DNA of 63,153 bases, the filler included, from Malassezia furfur (Eukaryota): assembly GCA_052055015.1 (NCBI GenBank). It is 21 parts of 21 records of this genome, joined end to end, with 100 filler letters (N's around TTAATTAATTAA, not from the genome) between each part and the next. Parts side by side here need not be neighbours in the genome. Positions count along the whole stretch, not along the records: positions 27,571 to 30,495 come from JBQJIT010000832.1; positions 30,596 to 33,508 come from JBQJIT010000833.1; positions 33,609 to 36,515 come from JBQJIT010000834.1; positions 36,616 to 39,515 come from JBQJIT010000835.1; 17 more parts are not named here. One strand, written 5' to 3'. Under the pieces are notes generated by a model, which did no database searches, was not told where the DNA came from, and was given only the letters and a program-made list of their open reading frames with translations. Below are positions 28,475 to 39,615 of this stretch, in pieces. Both the position numbers and the translations under genes were made by a program. Each line of letters opens with the position of its first letter. Positions within the stretch are counted from its first letter, which is position 1.

Positions 28475-30495
28475 ATGGCTGTGGGCAGTGCGGCTTTGTT
28501 GGACTCGACCATGTCGTCGCGACCGGCCGCGCCCTCGCCCGGCCGTGACACTCAGCCAGCACTGCCGATGTCAGCGCCGGTCGTGCCGCCGGCCGCGCAC
28601 CTCCCTCCGGAGTATGCTACTGAGTCTGTGCCGGGCGCGCCCGGTGCCGCGCCGCGCGTCACGGTTGTAGAGCCGCCGAAGGAGTCCTTCGACAAGGTGC
28701 CTGGCGGGCGACCCGAGCCGGGCTCGGGCACGACCACGCCCGAGGCGCAGAACTACGCAGACATGCAGGACTACTTTGACTGGACGACCGAGACGGACGT
28801 CACCGAGTCGGCGCGCGACGAGTCGGCGACCGCCGTGCGCAAGCTGAACCTGCACCATATGTCGCCCGCGAAGCTGGTGCTGATTCTGTCCACGACGTTT
28901 CTCGGGAACCTGATCTTGACCGGGATCATGCTTGTGCCGATCCTCGTCGTGCACTACGTGTACCGCAAGCGCGACGACGACCACAAGGTGTATGTCGCCG
29001 ACAACGTCGAGGCATGGTTTATCTGGGCGGCCTTCAACCTGCACATGCAGTGGTGGATCCACTTCCTTGTGGAGCTCATGCCCGCGATCGTCATGGGTAT
29101 GGTGCGGCTCACATGGGGCGCGCCTGGGCAGCGGCTGCAGAGCTATCTCGAGTACTACCGCGCGCTGAACCGCTACCTGAAGCTGGTCTTTTACGCGGCG
29201 CTCAACTGGGGCAGCTGGACGATCATTTTCAATTCCATCTTTACGCTGTACTCGGCATCGAACCCGAGCGAGACGAGCCGCGCGTCCTACACGTACCGCA
29301 TATACCAGGTGATGGAGTTTATCGTACGTCGCCGCACTCACCCAGTTCTTTATCACCATCACGATGGGTGCCCAAAAAGTGATTGTCAAGCTCATTGCGA
29401 TCCGCTTCCACAAGTCGTCGTACGCGGACCGCATCCAGAACATGACGCACGCCATCAAGGTGATCGACTACCTGTACAACCACCGCCCCAAGGCCGGCGG
29501 CACACCCGGCGTGCCCAATGCGCGCTCCTTTGCGCAGGCCGGCAAGACGTTCCTGCGCGAGCGCACGCGGTCCGACGAGGCGGCGTCCATGACGCAGGAG
29601 CCTGCGTCGCGGAGCTCGCGCGCGAAGCGGCGCGTGCTCGACTTCCACGCCGCGCTCGTGGACCGCGCGCAAAAGTCGTCGGCAAAGGCGTCGCGCCTCG
29701 CGGCGATCGGCATGCGCGACCCGGCGCAGCTGCTCAAGACCATCGACATGGGCGTCAAGCTGGACATCAACAGCCCCGCCCAGGCGAAAAAGGTGGCGCG
29801 GTCGCTGTACAAGGCGTACCAGCGCGACCCGTCGCGGCGCTTCCTGCTGCTGAGCGACTTTGCGCCCGCGTACCCCAACGACCCCGCGGCGGCGGAGCGC
29901 GCGTTTGCCGTGTTTGACCGCGACGGGAACGGCGACATCTCGCAGCTCGAGATCAAAAACACGGTGCTGGAGCTGTTCAAGGAGCGGCGCATCCTCGCGC
30001 AGGCGATGCAGGACCTGAACCATGCGGTCGGCCAGCTGGACCTGATCTTGGTGATCATTGGGTGCATCTTTGTGCTGTTCGAGGCGCTTGCCATCTTCAA
30101 GGTGAACGCGAGCAAGACGCTCTCGAGTTTCTACACGATGGGCATTGCGTTTGCGTTCGTGTTCAAGGAGAGTGCACAGAACCTGTTCGACTCGATCATC
30201 TTCTTGTTCGTCACGCACCCGTTCGACTCGGGCGACTTGATCCAGCTGGGCGACAGCGTGTACGTGGTCAAGAAGCTCTCGCTGCTCTCCACCGAGCTGG
30301 TCACCACCGAGGCGCTCGACCTGTACATGTCCAACACCGTGCTGGCCGCGAGCAACATCATCAACTACCGCCGCTCGAAGCACCAGTACGAAGAGACCAA
30401 GATCCAGGTGGCCTTCGACACGCCCTGGGAGAAGCTCGACGCGGTGCAAAACGACCTGAACCACTGGATCGAGAACGACATCGAGCACCGCTTCG
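28475..30495 (+). CDS. MscS-like mechanosensitive channel (Msy1/Msy2 type) with EF-hand, 3'-partial; intron 29324-29345 (22 nt)
   Basis: Multiple TM helices, IAIRFHKSSYADRI, EF-hand FDRDGNGDISQLE, FDSIIFLFVTHPFDSGD and IINYRRS. Confidence 0.9.
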
Positions 30496-30637
30496 NNNNN
30501 NNNNNNNNNNNNNNNNNNNNNNNNNNNNNNNNNNNNNNNTTAATTAATTAANNNNNNNNNNNNNNNNNNNNNNNNNNNNNNNNNNNNNNNNNNNNCGCGA
30601 CAAGTCACGTGGGCGTGCCGGGAAGGCTCCGTCCGTC

Positions 30638-32797
30638 ATGTCGGCGTCGGCGTCGGTAGCGCGTCGCGCGCGCCTCGTGCTGCGCGGCGGCGCCGCGGCA
30701 CGCCGCATGCGCGCACCCGCGTGCGTCGCGACACGCTCCTTGCACACCGACCGCGCGCGCGGCGTGCTCCTTGGCGCCGCGCAGCTCTTCACCCCAGACT
30801 CCGCCTGGCACGCCGCTCTCGTGCACCAGGCGCACGACACGCGCACCACGCGCCGCGTCGTGATCGCAGGCGCCACGGCGTGCGGCACGGCCGACGTCGT
30901 CAATGCGCTCCTTGCCGAGCCGCACGACGCGCCGATCACGCGCGCGCTCGCCGCCAAGACCACCGCACACGCTGAGCACCCCGACGGCCTGCGCATCGTC
31001 TACGGCGAGCCGGGCACCGCGGCACCCGCGCCCACACCCAACACGCTTCCGCTCCCGCTGCCGTGGCTCCGTGCGGGCGTCGAGCTCGTCGAGCTGCTCG
31101 ACCCCCGCACCGACGCGGCGACGCTCCAGACCTTGTACGACGCCGACGCGCTCTTTTTCGTCGTAGACGCCGCGGACCTGGCGTCCAACGCGCCGCACCA
31201 CGCCAAGCACACGCTGGCGCTCGCCGAGCACTTCGCCGCGAAGCCAGGCACGTCCCTTGTCGTCAATCTGCCCTGGCGGGAGGTCGCGCCGACGACGCCC
31301 GCCCCGGCCGGCGCCTCGGTCCCCCGCGCCGCCGACATGCCCGACCTGGACGCGATCGCACGCGCGGCGCACAACACGCTCGGCGCACACACGCTCGCGC
31401 TCCTCGCGGCGCACAGCTCCGTGCCGGGCAACGCCGCGCCGGGCGTGATGGTCGTGTCGTCGGCGCTCGCCGCGCACGCCAAGTCGCTGCTCGCGCCGTC
31501 GCACGCGGCGATCAAGGATCAGTGGCGCCAGTTCTCCGACCACTTCCGCGCCGCGCGCTTCCCGGCGCTGTACGAGGCGGTGGTGCGCCCGTCGGACCCG
31601 CGTGTGCGCGCGACCTACCTCGCCCACACCGCGCTTGAGACGGCGAGCGTCGCCGAGGCGCTCGAAGGCGAGCGGCTGCGCACCGCCGCAGGCTACGCCC
31701 ACCTGCTCGCGACCAACGTGGAGCACACGATGGGCTCGCTCGCGTCCCACATCCTCGCGGACGAGCCAGCCGACGACGACGCACGGCCGTCGGCCGTCGA
31801 GGTGCGCCGCGGCGATGCAAGCGCGTCGGTCGCGGGCTTCCTCGCCGACTCGCGGCACCAAGTCGAGACGGTGCTGGGCGCGCGCTTCCCATGGTACAAG
31901 CTGCCGTTCCGCATCGACGAGCTGCGCCTCACGCTGCTCTACACGGTCGGGCGCAGCTTTGGCGTCGACCAGGAGACGCGCCTCGCGTACGAGACCGGGC
32001 GCATGCGTGGCATCGCCGCCGAGGAGTACGCACGGACGCTCGCGACGCTGCGCGAGCTTGCGCGCCGCGAGCGCCGCTCGGACGCCGACACGCCGGCGCC
32101 CGCGCTGGGCGGCGCGTGTGCGGATGCGTCGCCGTCGTTCGACAGCGCGACGCTGCGCAACGCACTCGCGGCATTCGACGACGCACAGCTCGCGCCGATC
32201 CTTACGCCGACGTGCCTCGCCGAGCCGCTCATTGCGCGCCGCCGGCAGCTGCTGGGGCCGCAGGGGCCCGTCGACCAGCTCGTCGCGCGGGCACAGCGCG
32301 CGACGCTGCACACCTACGTGTTCCTCGGCACGACGTACACGGCGTGCGCCTATGGGACGTTTGCGCACCACCGCCTCGTGCCGCGCACACCGCCCGCCCG
32401 CCCGATCGAGTCGGTGCCGAGCGTCGCGGAGCTGGCCGCGACCGACTGGACGCCGTGGTCGATGCCCGAGACGCTCACGCACCTCGCAGGGCTTGGCGAC
32501 TGGCTCGTCATGGCCCCCAGCACCGCGGGTGCCACAGCACTGCTCGCGACCGCCGCCGGCGCCTGGTACCTGCAGGGCCGGTGGTCGGCCGCGAAGCGCA
32601 AGTTCTGGAGGGACTGGGACCGCGTCGTGCACGCTGTCGACCGCGACGCAAAGCACGAGGTGAATGCGCTGCTGCGCTACGTGTTTGGCGCGCCGCTGCA
32701 TGCGGCGCGCGCGCTGCGTGACGTGTGCGTGGGCCGTGAGGCGGCGCACCAGGAGCGCATTGAGCAGCTGCGCAAGCTGCGCGACGCGAGCGAGTAG
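30638..32797 (+). CDS. Mitochondrial Mmc1-like membrane protein
   Basis: Arg-rich presequence-like N-terminus, degenerate GTPase-like region, PWYKLPFRIDEL (compare WWKLxWRVDD), and C-terminal TM followed by LQGRWSAAKRKFW. Confidence 0.55.
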   Translation: MSASASVARRARLVLRGGAAARRMRAPACVATRSLHTDRARGVLLGAAQLFTPDSAWHAALVHQAHDTRTTRRVVIAGATACGTADVVNALLAEPHDAPITRALAAKTTAHAEHPDGLRIVYGEPGTAAPAPTPNTLPLPLPWLRAGVELVELLDPRTDAATLQTLYDADALFFVVDAADLASNAPHHAKHTLALAEHFAAKPGTSLVVNLPWREVAPTTPAPAGASVPRAADMPDLDAIARAAHNTLGAHTLALLAAHSSVPGNAAPGVMVVSSALAAHAKSLLAPSHAAIKDQWRQFSDHFRAARFPALYEAVVRPSDPRVRATYLAHTALETASVAEALEGERLRTAAGYAHLLATNVEHTMGSLASHILADEPADDDARPSAVEVRRGDASASVAGFLADSRHQVETVLGARFPWYKLPFRIDELRLTLLYTVGRSFGVDQETRLAYETGRMRGIAAEEYARTLATLRELARRERRSDADTPAPALGGACADASPSFDSATLRNALAAFDDAQLAPILTPTCLAEPLIARRRQLLGPQGPVDQLVARAQRATLHTYVFLGTTYTACAYGTFAHHRLVPRTPPARPIESVPSVAELAATDWTPWSMPETLTHLAGLGDWLVMAPSTAGATALLATAAGAWYLQGRWSAAKRKFWRDWDRVVHAVDRDAKHEVNALLRYVFGAPLHAARALRDVCVGREAAHQERIEQLRKLRDASE

Positions 32798-32993
32798 AAA
32801 AATAGCTCAGCGCTTCTATACTACATACGGGCGCACATCGCCCAGGAGGTTGATGGGCGCGAGAGGGCGCGTGGGGTGCCTACCACGTGCGCCCTCGGCG
32901 CATTTTCGCCGCGGCGCCGCCGGTCGTACGACCCATCCACGGAGCGCGGCACGGCGCGGCGCGTGCGGGCGGGTGCGCACGCAAGCGCATCCA

Positions 32994-33269
32994 TTACGAC
33001 GGGAACGGGTTCGACTTGCGCTCATGGACTGCGTCAGCGCACGCGGCGACGTACTGTTGTAGTGCAGGAGCCGCTCGATCAGGTCGACGTGCGTCAGCAC
33101 CATGCGGCGGCAGCAGTACCGCTGCAGCCCGAGCTCGGTGAGCGCCTCGCCCTCGGTTCGCCCCTCGATCAGCAGCGCGAGGTAGGCGTCCCACTTGTCG
33201 CCGACGACCTTGCCGCAGCTAAAGCACCGGATGGGAATGATCTGCGTCAGCGTGTGCCCAACGCACCAT
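32994..33269 (-). CDS. RPB10: RNA polymerase I/II/III subunit Rpb10; introns 33242-33266 (25 nt, directly after ATG) and 33029-33054 (26 nt)
   Basis: Spliced [20 protein letters not shown]...[30 protein letters not shown]. Confidence 0.96.
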
Positions 33270-33371
33270 CTCGTCGAGGCGAACGACAAAAAAACCCGAC
33301 GGGGCGTTACGCTTATTTCCCAGGGACCCGATACGCTGGCAGGGTGTCTTCTCTCTCCACCGTTGGACAAG

Positions 33372-33508
33372 ATGAGTGGATGTACGTATGCGCGGCCGCT
33401 CACACGCTCCAGTCCGTTTCTTGTCGCTGGTGCGACCGTTCATGTCCGTGCTGCCGGAGGTGTCGCCTCCGGAGCGCAAGGTGCCGTTCCAGCAGCGGGT
33501 CATGTGGA
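33372..33508 (+). CDS. SEC61: Sec61 alpha translocon subunit, N-terminus, 3'-partial; intron 33382-33412 (31 nt)
   Basis: Spliced [35 protein letters not shown]. Confidence 0.9.
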
Positions 33509-33608
33509 NNNNNNNNNNNNNNNNNNNNNNNNNNNNNNNNNNNNNNNNNNNNTTAATTAATTAANNNNNNNNNNNNNNNNNNNNNNNNNNNNNNNNNNNN
33601 NNNNNNNN

Positions 33609-34360
33609 GCGCTCGCCGCGCGGCACGAGCGCGGTGCGTGCCACGAGGCGCGGCGGCGCAGGCACCTGCGGCACAAGCACGGGGCTACGGGACGGATCGG
33701 GGGGGTCGAGCAGCGCACGGACCGCGTACCAGACGTCGGCGGACGGCGGTGCGGCGCCGGCGGCCGGCGCCGTGTCGAGGACGGTGCGTGCGCGCTCCGG
33801 CAGCGCACGCAAGCGCGTGAGCATCGCTGGGTGAGCGAAGCAAACGTACGCAAATCGATGCCGACGGGCGGCGTGTGCGGCGCGCGGTGCGCCCACAGCA
33901 GGTACACGCCGAGCACGCCGCCGATCGCGTGGAGGAGCTGGGCGTCCGAGTCGTCGGCGGGCGCGAGGGTATCGAGGAGTGCGCGCGTCGTCGCCTCGTA
34001 GAACGCGCGCTGGGTATCGGGTTCTGCGGCGAGCACGGTGCGGAGCTGGTGCCACTGGTTGCGCACCCACACGCGCTCAAAGACGAGCAGGGCGCCGTAC
34101 GCCCAGCGCAGGGGCACGGGCGCCGACGGCTGCTGCGCGACCTGCCCCTCGAGCCACGTCCATGTGAGCGCGAACGAGTGCGTGAGGATGTGCACGTCGC
34201 GTGTGAGCGCGTGCACGAACGCGTGCGAGGAGGCGAGCGCCGCGAACGACGCGGCCGCTCGACCTTCGCGCGCGGCCTGCATAGTGGAGGCGGCGTGGGG
34301 GCGAGCGGCGGGCGGAGGCGGCCCGCAGGCCGAGGGGGCGCAGGGCCCCGCGTGCGGCAT
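33609..34360 (-). CDS. Uncharacterised protein, possibly SNAPC1/SNAP43-like, 3'-partial; intron 33827-33849 (23 nt); start 34360 or 34282
   Basis: DVHIL..SF...FERVW...W.....RAFYE....L......IGGVLGVYLLW....P..GID pattern. A GTACGT..CTCAC..AG intron joins two frames. Confidence 0.55.
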
Positions 34361-34427
34361 GCGCGTGCGGCGTGCCCCGGCGCTGTGCTGGCTCGGCTTG
34401 GTCCGAGGGAGACACTGGCTACCTACC

Positions 34428-35291
34428 CTACTCAAGCACCTGCCACTCTTCGCCCAGCTTGGTCTCGTCGACGTAAAAGTAGCGCACCGGCGACTTTTCT
34501 GCCTCGCACGTCCCCTGGAACTCCATGGCTTCGCCGCTGTTGGGCGTGACGCGCCACCGCGCCCACCAGCGCCCGACGACCTTGCCCTTGTTGACGTCGA
34601 TGGTCTCGGCGACGAGCTTCGACACGGTGTAGTCCGAGGTCTGCTCCACGCCCTGGTCCAACAGGAGCGGCGGGGGCAGCGACGGCAGCTCCCACGTCGC
34701 GAGCGGCCGCGTCGTCGCGCGCAGGAGCGACGGCGAGTACACGACGGTCTTGAGCGAGCGCATGTGCCACGAGAGCGTAGCGATCTCGAGGTAGTACGGC
34801 TCGTTGGCGTGCGTGCGCAGGTCGCTCGGCGTGTCGTCGAGCACCAGCTCGTTCACGCCGTCCGAGAGGTAGTGCGCCGGCTCCGCGTCCGGCGGCGAGC
34901 GGCGGAGCGTCATGTGCCCGACGTACGGCGAGCCGATCCACGAGATCAGCGCCGTGCTCGCCGAGCTCGCGCCGAGCGTCGTCAGGCTGATGCCGAGCCG
35001 CGCGGCCATCTCGAGCTTGCTCGGGTACAGCACAAAGATCGGCGCAAAGATCGCCGCGACGCTCAGCGACGACAGCGAGAAGAGTTTGAGGCGGTAGTAG
35101 GCCGTGCGCATCGGCCCGATGTACTGCGCGGCGATGCCGCTCGATCGCGCGGGCGGCGGCGTGGAGTAGGTGCGCTGCGTGAGCAGCGTCGGCGCGCACG
35201 GCTTGCATGCCCACGGCGCGCGCGGCGGCAGCGCTGCGCGACGCGCGGCGTACGGCGCGCGCAGGCAGCCGGCAATTCTTCCGCAGAGCAT
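34428..35291 (-). CDS. Mitochondrial TMEM70/TMEM186-like membrane protein
   Basis: Presequence-like N-terminus, YIGPMRTAYYRLKLFSLSSL, two TM helices and STALISWIGSPYV. Confidence 0.7.
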   Translation of the reverse strand: MLCGRIAGCLRAPYAARRAALPPRAPWACKPCAPTLLTQRTYSTPPPARSSGIAAQYIGPMRTAYYRLKLFSLSSLSVAAIFAPIFVLYPSKLEMAARLGISLTTLGASSASTALISWIGSPYVGHMTLRRSPPDAEPAHYLSDGVNELVLDDTPSDLRTHANEPYYLEIATLSWHMRSLKTVVYSPSLLRATTRPLATWELPSLPPPLLLDQGVEQTSDYTVSKLVAETIDVNKGKVVGRWWARWRVTPNSGEAMEFQGTCEAEKSPVRYFYVDETKLGEEWQVLE

Positions 35292-35342
35292 GGGGTGGAG
35301 GCGAAAAAGGAACTACCGGCCTCGGCCGCACAGACCACGGCG

Positions 35343-36515
35343 CTACAAGGCGTCGGAGCCCTTGCGCCGTGCCGAGGCCGCGTCGAGCTTGGCGCTGCGT
35401 GCGCCAAACTGGATCGCGCGCTTCGGCAGGTGCGCGGCGCGGTCTATGTCGAGGCGGCGCGCGAGGCGGCGCAGCAGGCGCTTGTCGCCGACGCCCTCGG
35501 TGCCCGGCGCGAGGTCGGCCTTGGTCGCGAGCGGCATCGCACACACCGCGGCCATGACGGGCCGCGCGAGGTACGGGAAGCGCGCCTCGCGCCCGTGGTC
35601 GCTGATCACGCGGTCGTCGCGCCCGAGGTTGCGCGTCGGCAGGCGGTCGAGGTCGAGCTGCAGCTCGGCACGTAGCGCGTCATAGTGCCCCCGGCGGAAT
35701 GCCTGCCGGTGCCGTGCGTAGCCGCCAAGCAGCTCATCTGCGCCCAGGCCCGAGAGGAACACGCGCGCGGGCGACGTGTACGGCGCGCCGTCGACGTGCC
35801 CCTCGGCGCGCGCCGCAAAGTAGAGCGCCGCGGCGATGCTCAGGTCCATCACGCTCGTGCACGGCGCGAGGAGCATCCGTACGCGGTCGAGGTGCGCCTC
35901 GTACGTCGCGTACGGCACGTCGACCTCGACGAGGCGCCAGCGGCGGTGCGGCGCAAGCGCACGTAGCTCCTGCGCACTCGCGCGCGCCGTGAGCCGGTCG
36001 GGGACCGCGTACGTCTCGCGCGCATGCGCCGCGAGCGCGCGTGGGTTCTCGAACGCGACGTTCACGAGGTCGATCGCCTGCGCTGCCGGGACGTGCGCGT
36101 GCGCAAGCGCCGCGAGCACCGTGCAGTCGACGCCGCCCGAGAAGAGCACGGCGACGTGCGCATCGTCCGGCTGCTGCGCCGGCGCAGAGCGGATGTGCGA
36201 CACGCGGCGTGCGACGCTCTCGCTAAGGAGCGCCGAAAAGGTATCGAGGGCGACGTCGTCGTCGGCATCGGCCGCGTCGGCGCCGCCGGCGCCGTGCACG
36301 GCGGGCGACACGACGAGGCGCGACGCGAGTGGCGCGTCGCGTGCGACGGGCGTATGTACAGCGAGGTCGGTGCGCCAGAGCGTCGCGCACGGCACTTCTT
36401 CGAACACGAGGCCGGCCGCGAGTGCTTCCGGCGCCGCGACCGAAGCGATGCAGCCCGGCTCGGGCGTGCGCAGGAGCGAGCGGCGGCCGAGCGGGTCGCG
36501 GCCGTACCAGACGTG
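35343..36515 (-). CDS. Asparagine synthetase domain-containing protein (ASNSD1/YML096W-like), 5'-partial
   Basis: GRDPLGRRSLL, VAVLFSGGVDC, IDLVNVAFENPR, MDLSIAAALYFAARA, SGLGADELLGGYARH, RNLGRDDR and PKRAIQFGARSAK. Confidence 0.92.
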   Translation of the reverse strand, partial: HVWYGRDPLGRRSLLRTPEPGCIASVAAPEALAAGLVFEEVPCATLWRTDLAVHTPVARDAPLASRLVVSPAVHGAGGADAADADDDVALDTFSALLSESVARRVSHIRSAPAQQPDDAHVAVLFSGGVDCTVLAALAHAHVPAAQAIDLVNVAFENPRALAAHARETYAVPDRLTARASAQELRALAPHRRWRLVEVDVPYATYEAHLDRVRMLLAPCTSVMDLSIAAALYFAARAEGHVDGAPYTSPARVFLSGLGADELLGGYARHRQAFRRGHYDALRAELQLDLDRLPTRNLGRDDRVISDHGREARFPYLARPVMAAVCAMPLATKADLAPGTEGVGDKRLLRRLARRLDIDRAAHLPKRAIQFGARSAKLDAASARRKGSDAL

Positions 36516-36615
36516 NNNNNNNNNNNNNNNNNNNNNNNNNNNNNNNNNNNNNNNNNNNNTTAATTAATTAANNNNNNNNNNNNNNNNNNNNNNNNNNNNN
36601 NNNNNNNNNNNNNNN

Positions 36616-37867
36616 GGCGGCTGCGCCCGCGCCGCGCGCCGTGGCGCGCCGGGACGGGGCGTCGACGACCGCGTACGACTGCGAGGCGCCCGTGTACCCC
36701 AGCTGCATGCGGCGGATCTATGCGACGGGCAACTACACCGTGCAGGCCGCGGCGGCGAGCCGCGTGGGCCTCGCGGGCTTTGTGCACGAGGCGCCCGACG
36801 CCGCGGATCTGCGTGCGTACGCGGAGCACTATCGTCCCGACGCGGCGAACGCGACGTTTGCGACGGTGTTTACGTCGCAGCGCGCGAACGATACGTACCG
36901 GCACGCGGCGTCCGCGCGGCGCATCGAGGCGAACTTGGACGTGCAGATGGCCGTGTCGCAGGCGTTCCCCCTGCCGGTGACGTACTACTATACCAGCGGC
37001 ACGGCGCCGCACCGTGCCGCGGGGGGCGAGTCGGGCGCGGACAACGAGCCGTTTCTGCAGCTGTTTGCGTATTTGCTGACGCTGCCCGACGCCGAGCTGC
37101 CGGGCGTGCTGTCGCTGTCGTACGCGGACCCCGAGGCGACGGTGCCGAAGGCGTACGCGCGGCGCGTGTGTATGTATGCGGCGCTGCTGGGCCTGCGCGG
37201 CGTGACGCTGGTGGTGGGCAGCGGCGACGAGGGTGTGGGCCCCGAGAATGCGGCGCACTGCCCCACGGGCGGCGGGGACACGACGCAGTTTGTGCCGTGG
37301 TTCCCGTCGACGTGTCCGTACGTGACCTCGGTCGGGGGTACGGCCACGCCGCCGTCCGAGACGGTGGCCGACCGTGCGAATGCCGGGTTTGCGACGGGTT
37401 CGGGCTTTTCGAACTACTTTGCGCAGCCTGCGTGGCAGCGGGCGGTGGTGCAGCGCTACGTGAACGACTCGGTGGCGCCTGCGTTCCGGACGCACTTTTG
37501 GGCCGAGGGCCGTGCGTACCCTGACGTGTCGGCGGTGGCCGCGAACGTGGCGACGTGGATGCACAACGCGTCTGCGCAGACGTCTGGGACGAGCGCCTCG
37601 GCGCCGATCTTTGCCGCGACGGTCGCGCTGCTGAACGACGTGCGCCTCGCGGCGAACCAGACGCGCCTGGGCTTTCTGAACCCGCTGCTGTACATGCGGC
37701 TGGCCGGTGTGCCCGGCGCGTTCCACGACGTGCAGCAGGGGAGCAACCCCGGGTGCGGCACAGCAGGCTTCAACGCCACGCCCGGCTGGGACGCGGCGTC
37801 GGGCTTTGGCTCGCCGCACTTTGGCGTGCTGCGGCGCGCCGTGCTGGCGGGGTGCGCCGCCGCGTAG
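36616..37867 (+). CDS. Sedolisin/tripeptidyl-peptidase (peptidase S53) catalytic domain, 5'-partial
   Basis: EANLDVQ (Glu/Asp), SGDEG (oxyanion Asp), FPSTCPYVTSVGGT, GRAYPDVSA, SGTSASAP (catalytic Ser) and GWDAASGFGSP. Confidence 0.93.
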
Positions 37868-38026
37868 CGTAGCGGCCGTAGTTCACGTGACCGACGCGTG
37901 CGCGGCGCTCGGCCGCGGCGCACGGGGGCATTTCTGCAAAATCGAGCGCGTGTCCCGGCCGGGCGACGCGCGCGGCGGGTTGCTGTGTGTCCACGCTCTG
38001 CGTCACTTGTGAGCTTTGGCATCGCG

Positions 38027-39382
38027 ATGAGGGAAGTTTTGTCTTTGCACGTTGGCCAGGCCGGTATCCAGATCGGCAATGCCTGCTGGGAGCTGTACCT
38101 GCAGGAGCACGGCCTCTCGCCCGACGGGACGGTGACCGACCCGAGCAAGTCGACCAACGAGGACGGCTTCTCGACCTTTTTCAGCGAGACGGGCCGCGGC
38201 AAGTACGTCCCCCGCTCGATCTACGTGGACCTCGAGCCGAACGTGGTGGACGACGTGCGCAACGGCCCGTTCCGTGACCTGTTCCACCCCGAGACGCTCG
38301 TCACCGGCAAGGAGGACGCGGCGAACAACTACGCCCGCGGCCACTACACGGTGGGCAAGGAGCTCATCGACCAGACGATGGACCGCGTGCGCAAGCTCGC
38401 GGATGCGTGCTCGGGCCTGCAGGGCTTCTTTGTGTTCCACTCGTTTGGCGGCGGCACCGGCTCGGGCTTTGGCTCGCTGCTGCTGGAGCGCCTCGCGCAG
38501 GACTACGGCAAGAAGGCCAAGCTCGAGTTCTCCGTGTACCCCGCGCCGATGATGAGCAGCTCGGTGGTGGAGCCGTACAACTCGGTGCTCACGACGCACA
38601 CCACGCTGGAGAACTCGGACTGCTCGTTCATGGTCGACAACGAGGCGATCTACGACATCTGCAAGCGCAACCTGGGCATCAGCGCGCCGAGCTACACCAA
38701 CCTGAACCGCCTGATTGCGCAGGTGGTCTCGTCGATCACCGCGTCGCTGCGCTTTGACGGCTCGCTGAACGTGGACCTGAACGAGTTCCAGACGAACCTG
38801 GTGCCGTACCCGCGCATCCACTTCCCGCTCGCGACCTACGCGCCGATCACCTCGGCGGACCGCGCGTTCCACGAGCAGAACAGCGTGGCGGAGATGACCA
38901 CCTCGTCGTTCGAGAAGGGCAACCAGATGGTCAAGTGCGACCCGCGCGACGGGAAGTTTATGGCGTGCTGCCTGCTGTACCGCGGCGACGTGGTGCCCAA
39001 GGACGTCAACTCGGCCGTGAGCCTGATCAAGACGAAGCGCACCATCCAGTTTGTCGACTGGTGCCCGACCGGCTTCAAGATCGGCATCTGCAACGAGCCG
39101 CCCGCGCAGGTGCCAGGCGGCGACCTCGCCAAGGTGTCGCGCTCGCTGTGTATGCTGGCGAACACCACGGCGATCGCCACCGCGTGGAGCCGCCTGGACC
39201 GCAAGTTTGACCTGCTCTACTCGAAGCGCGCCTTTGTGCACTGGTACGTCGGCGAGGGCATGGAGGAGGGCGAGTTTAGCGAGGCGCGGGAGGACCTCGC
39301 GGCGCTCGAGAAGGACTACGAGGAGGTCGGCATGGACACGGCGCTCGGCGACGAGGACGGCCTGGATGCCGAGGAGTACTAG
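38027..39382 (+). CDS. TUB1: Alpha-tubulin (intronless)
   Basis: [51 protein letters not shown] and C-terminal EEY. Confidence 0.98.
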   Translation: MREVLSLHVGQAGIQIGNACWELYLQEHGLSPDGTVTDPSKSTNEDGFSTFFSETGRGKYVPRSIYVDLEPNVVDDVRNGPFRDLFHPETLVTGKEDAANNYARGHYTVGKELIDQTMDRVRKLADACSGLQGFFVFHSFGGGTGSGFGSLLLERLAQDYGKKAKLEFSVYPAPMMSSSVVEPYNSVLTTHTTLENSDCSFMVDNEAIYDICKRNLGISAPSYTNLNRLIAQVVSSITASLRFDGSLNVDLNEFQTNLVPYPRIHFPLATYAPITSADRAFHEQNSVAEMTTSSFEKGNQMVKCDPRDGKFMACCLLYRGDVVPKDVNSAVSLIKTKRTIQFVDWCPTGFKIGICNEPPAQVPGGDLAKVSRSLCMLANTTAIATAWSRLDRKFDLLYSKRAFVHWYVGEGMEEGEFSEAREDLAALEKDYEEVGMDTALGDEDGLDAEEY

Positions 39383-39615
39383 CGGCGGCGGGCCCCGTGG
39401 GCCTGGCGCCTCGACAGTTGCGATAGTTGTGTGATGATGTTTGCCGAGATGCGTGCGGCCCCCCGGCGCGGCGTGCTGGGCGGCGTGCGGCCGCCGAGCG
39501 CGAGGCCACGGCGCGNNNNNNNNNNNNNNNNNNNNNNNNNNNNNNNNNNNNNNNNNNNNTTAATTAATTAANNNNNNNNNNNNNNNNNNNNNNNNNNNNN
39601 NNNNNNNNNNNNNNN

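Noticed and set aside
33242..33269. RPB10 first coding exon consisting of ATG only
   Set aside because: Start-codon-only first exons are common in small conserved fungal genes.
38027..39382. Intronless alpha-tubulin as a possible retrogene
   Set aside because: Most long genes in this window are intron-poor or intronless. No poly(A) remnant or target-site duplication.
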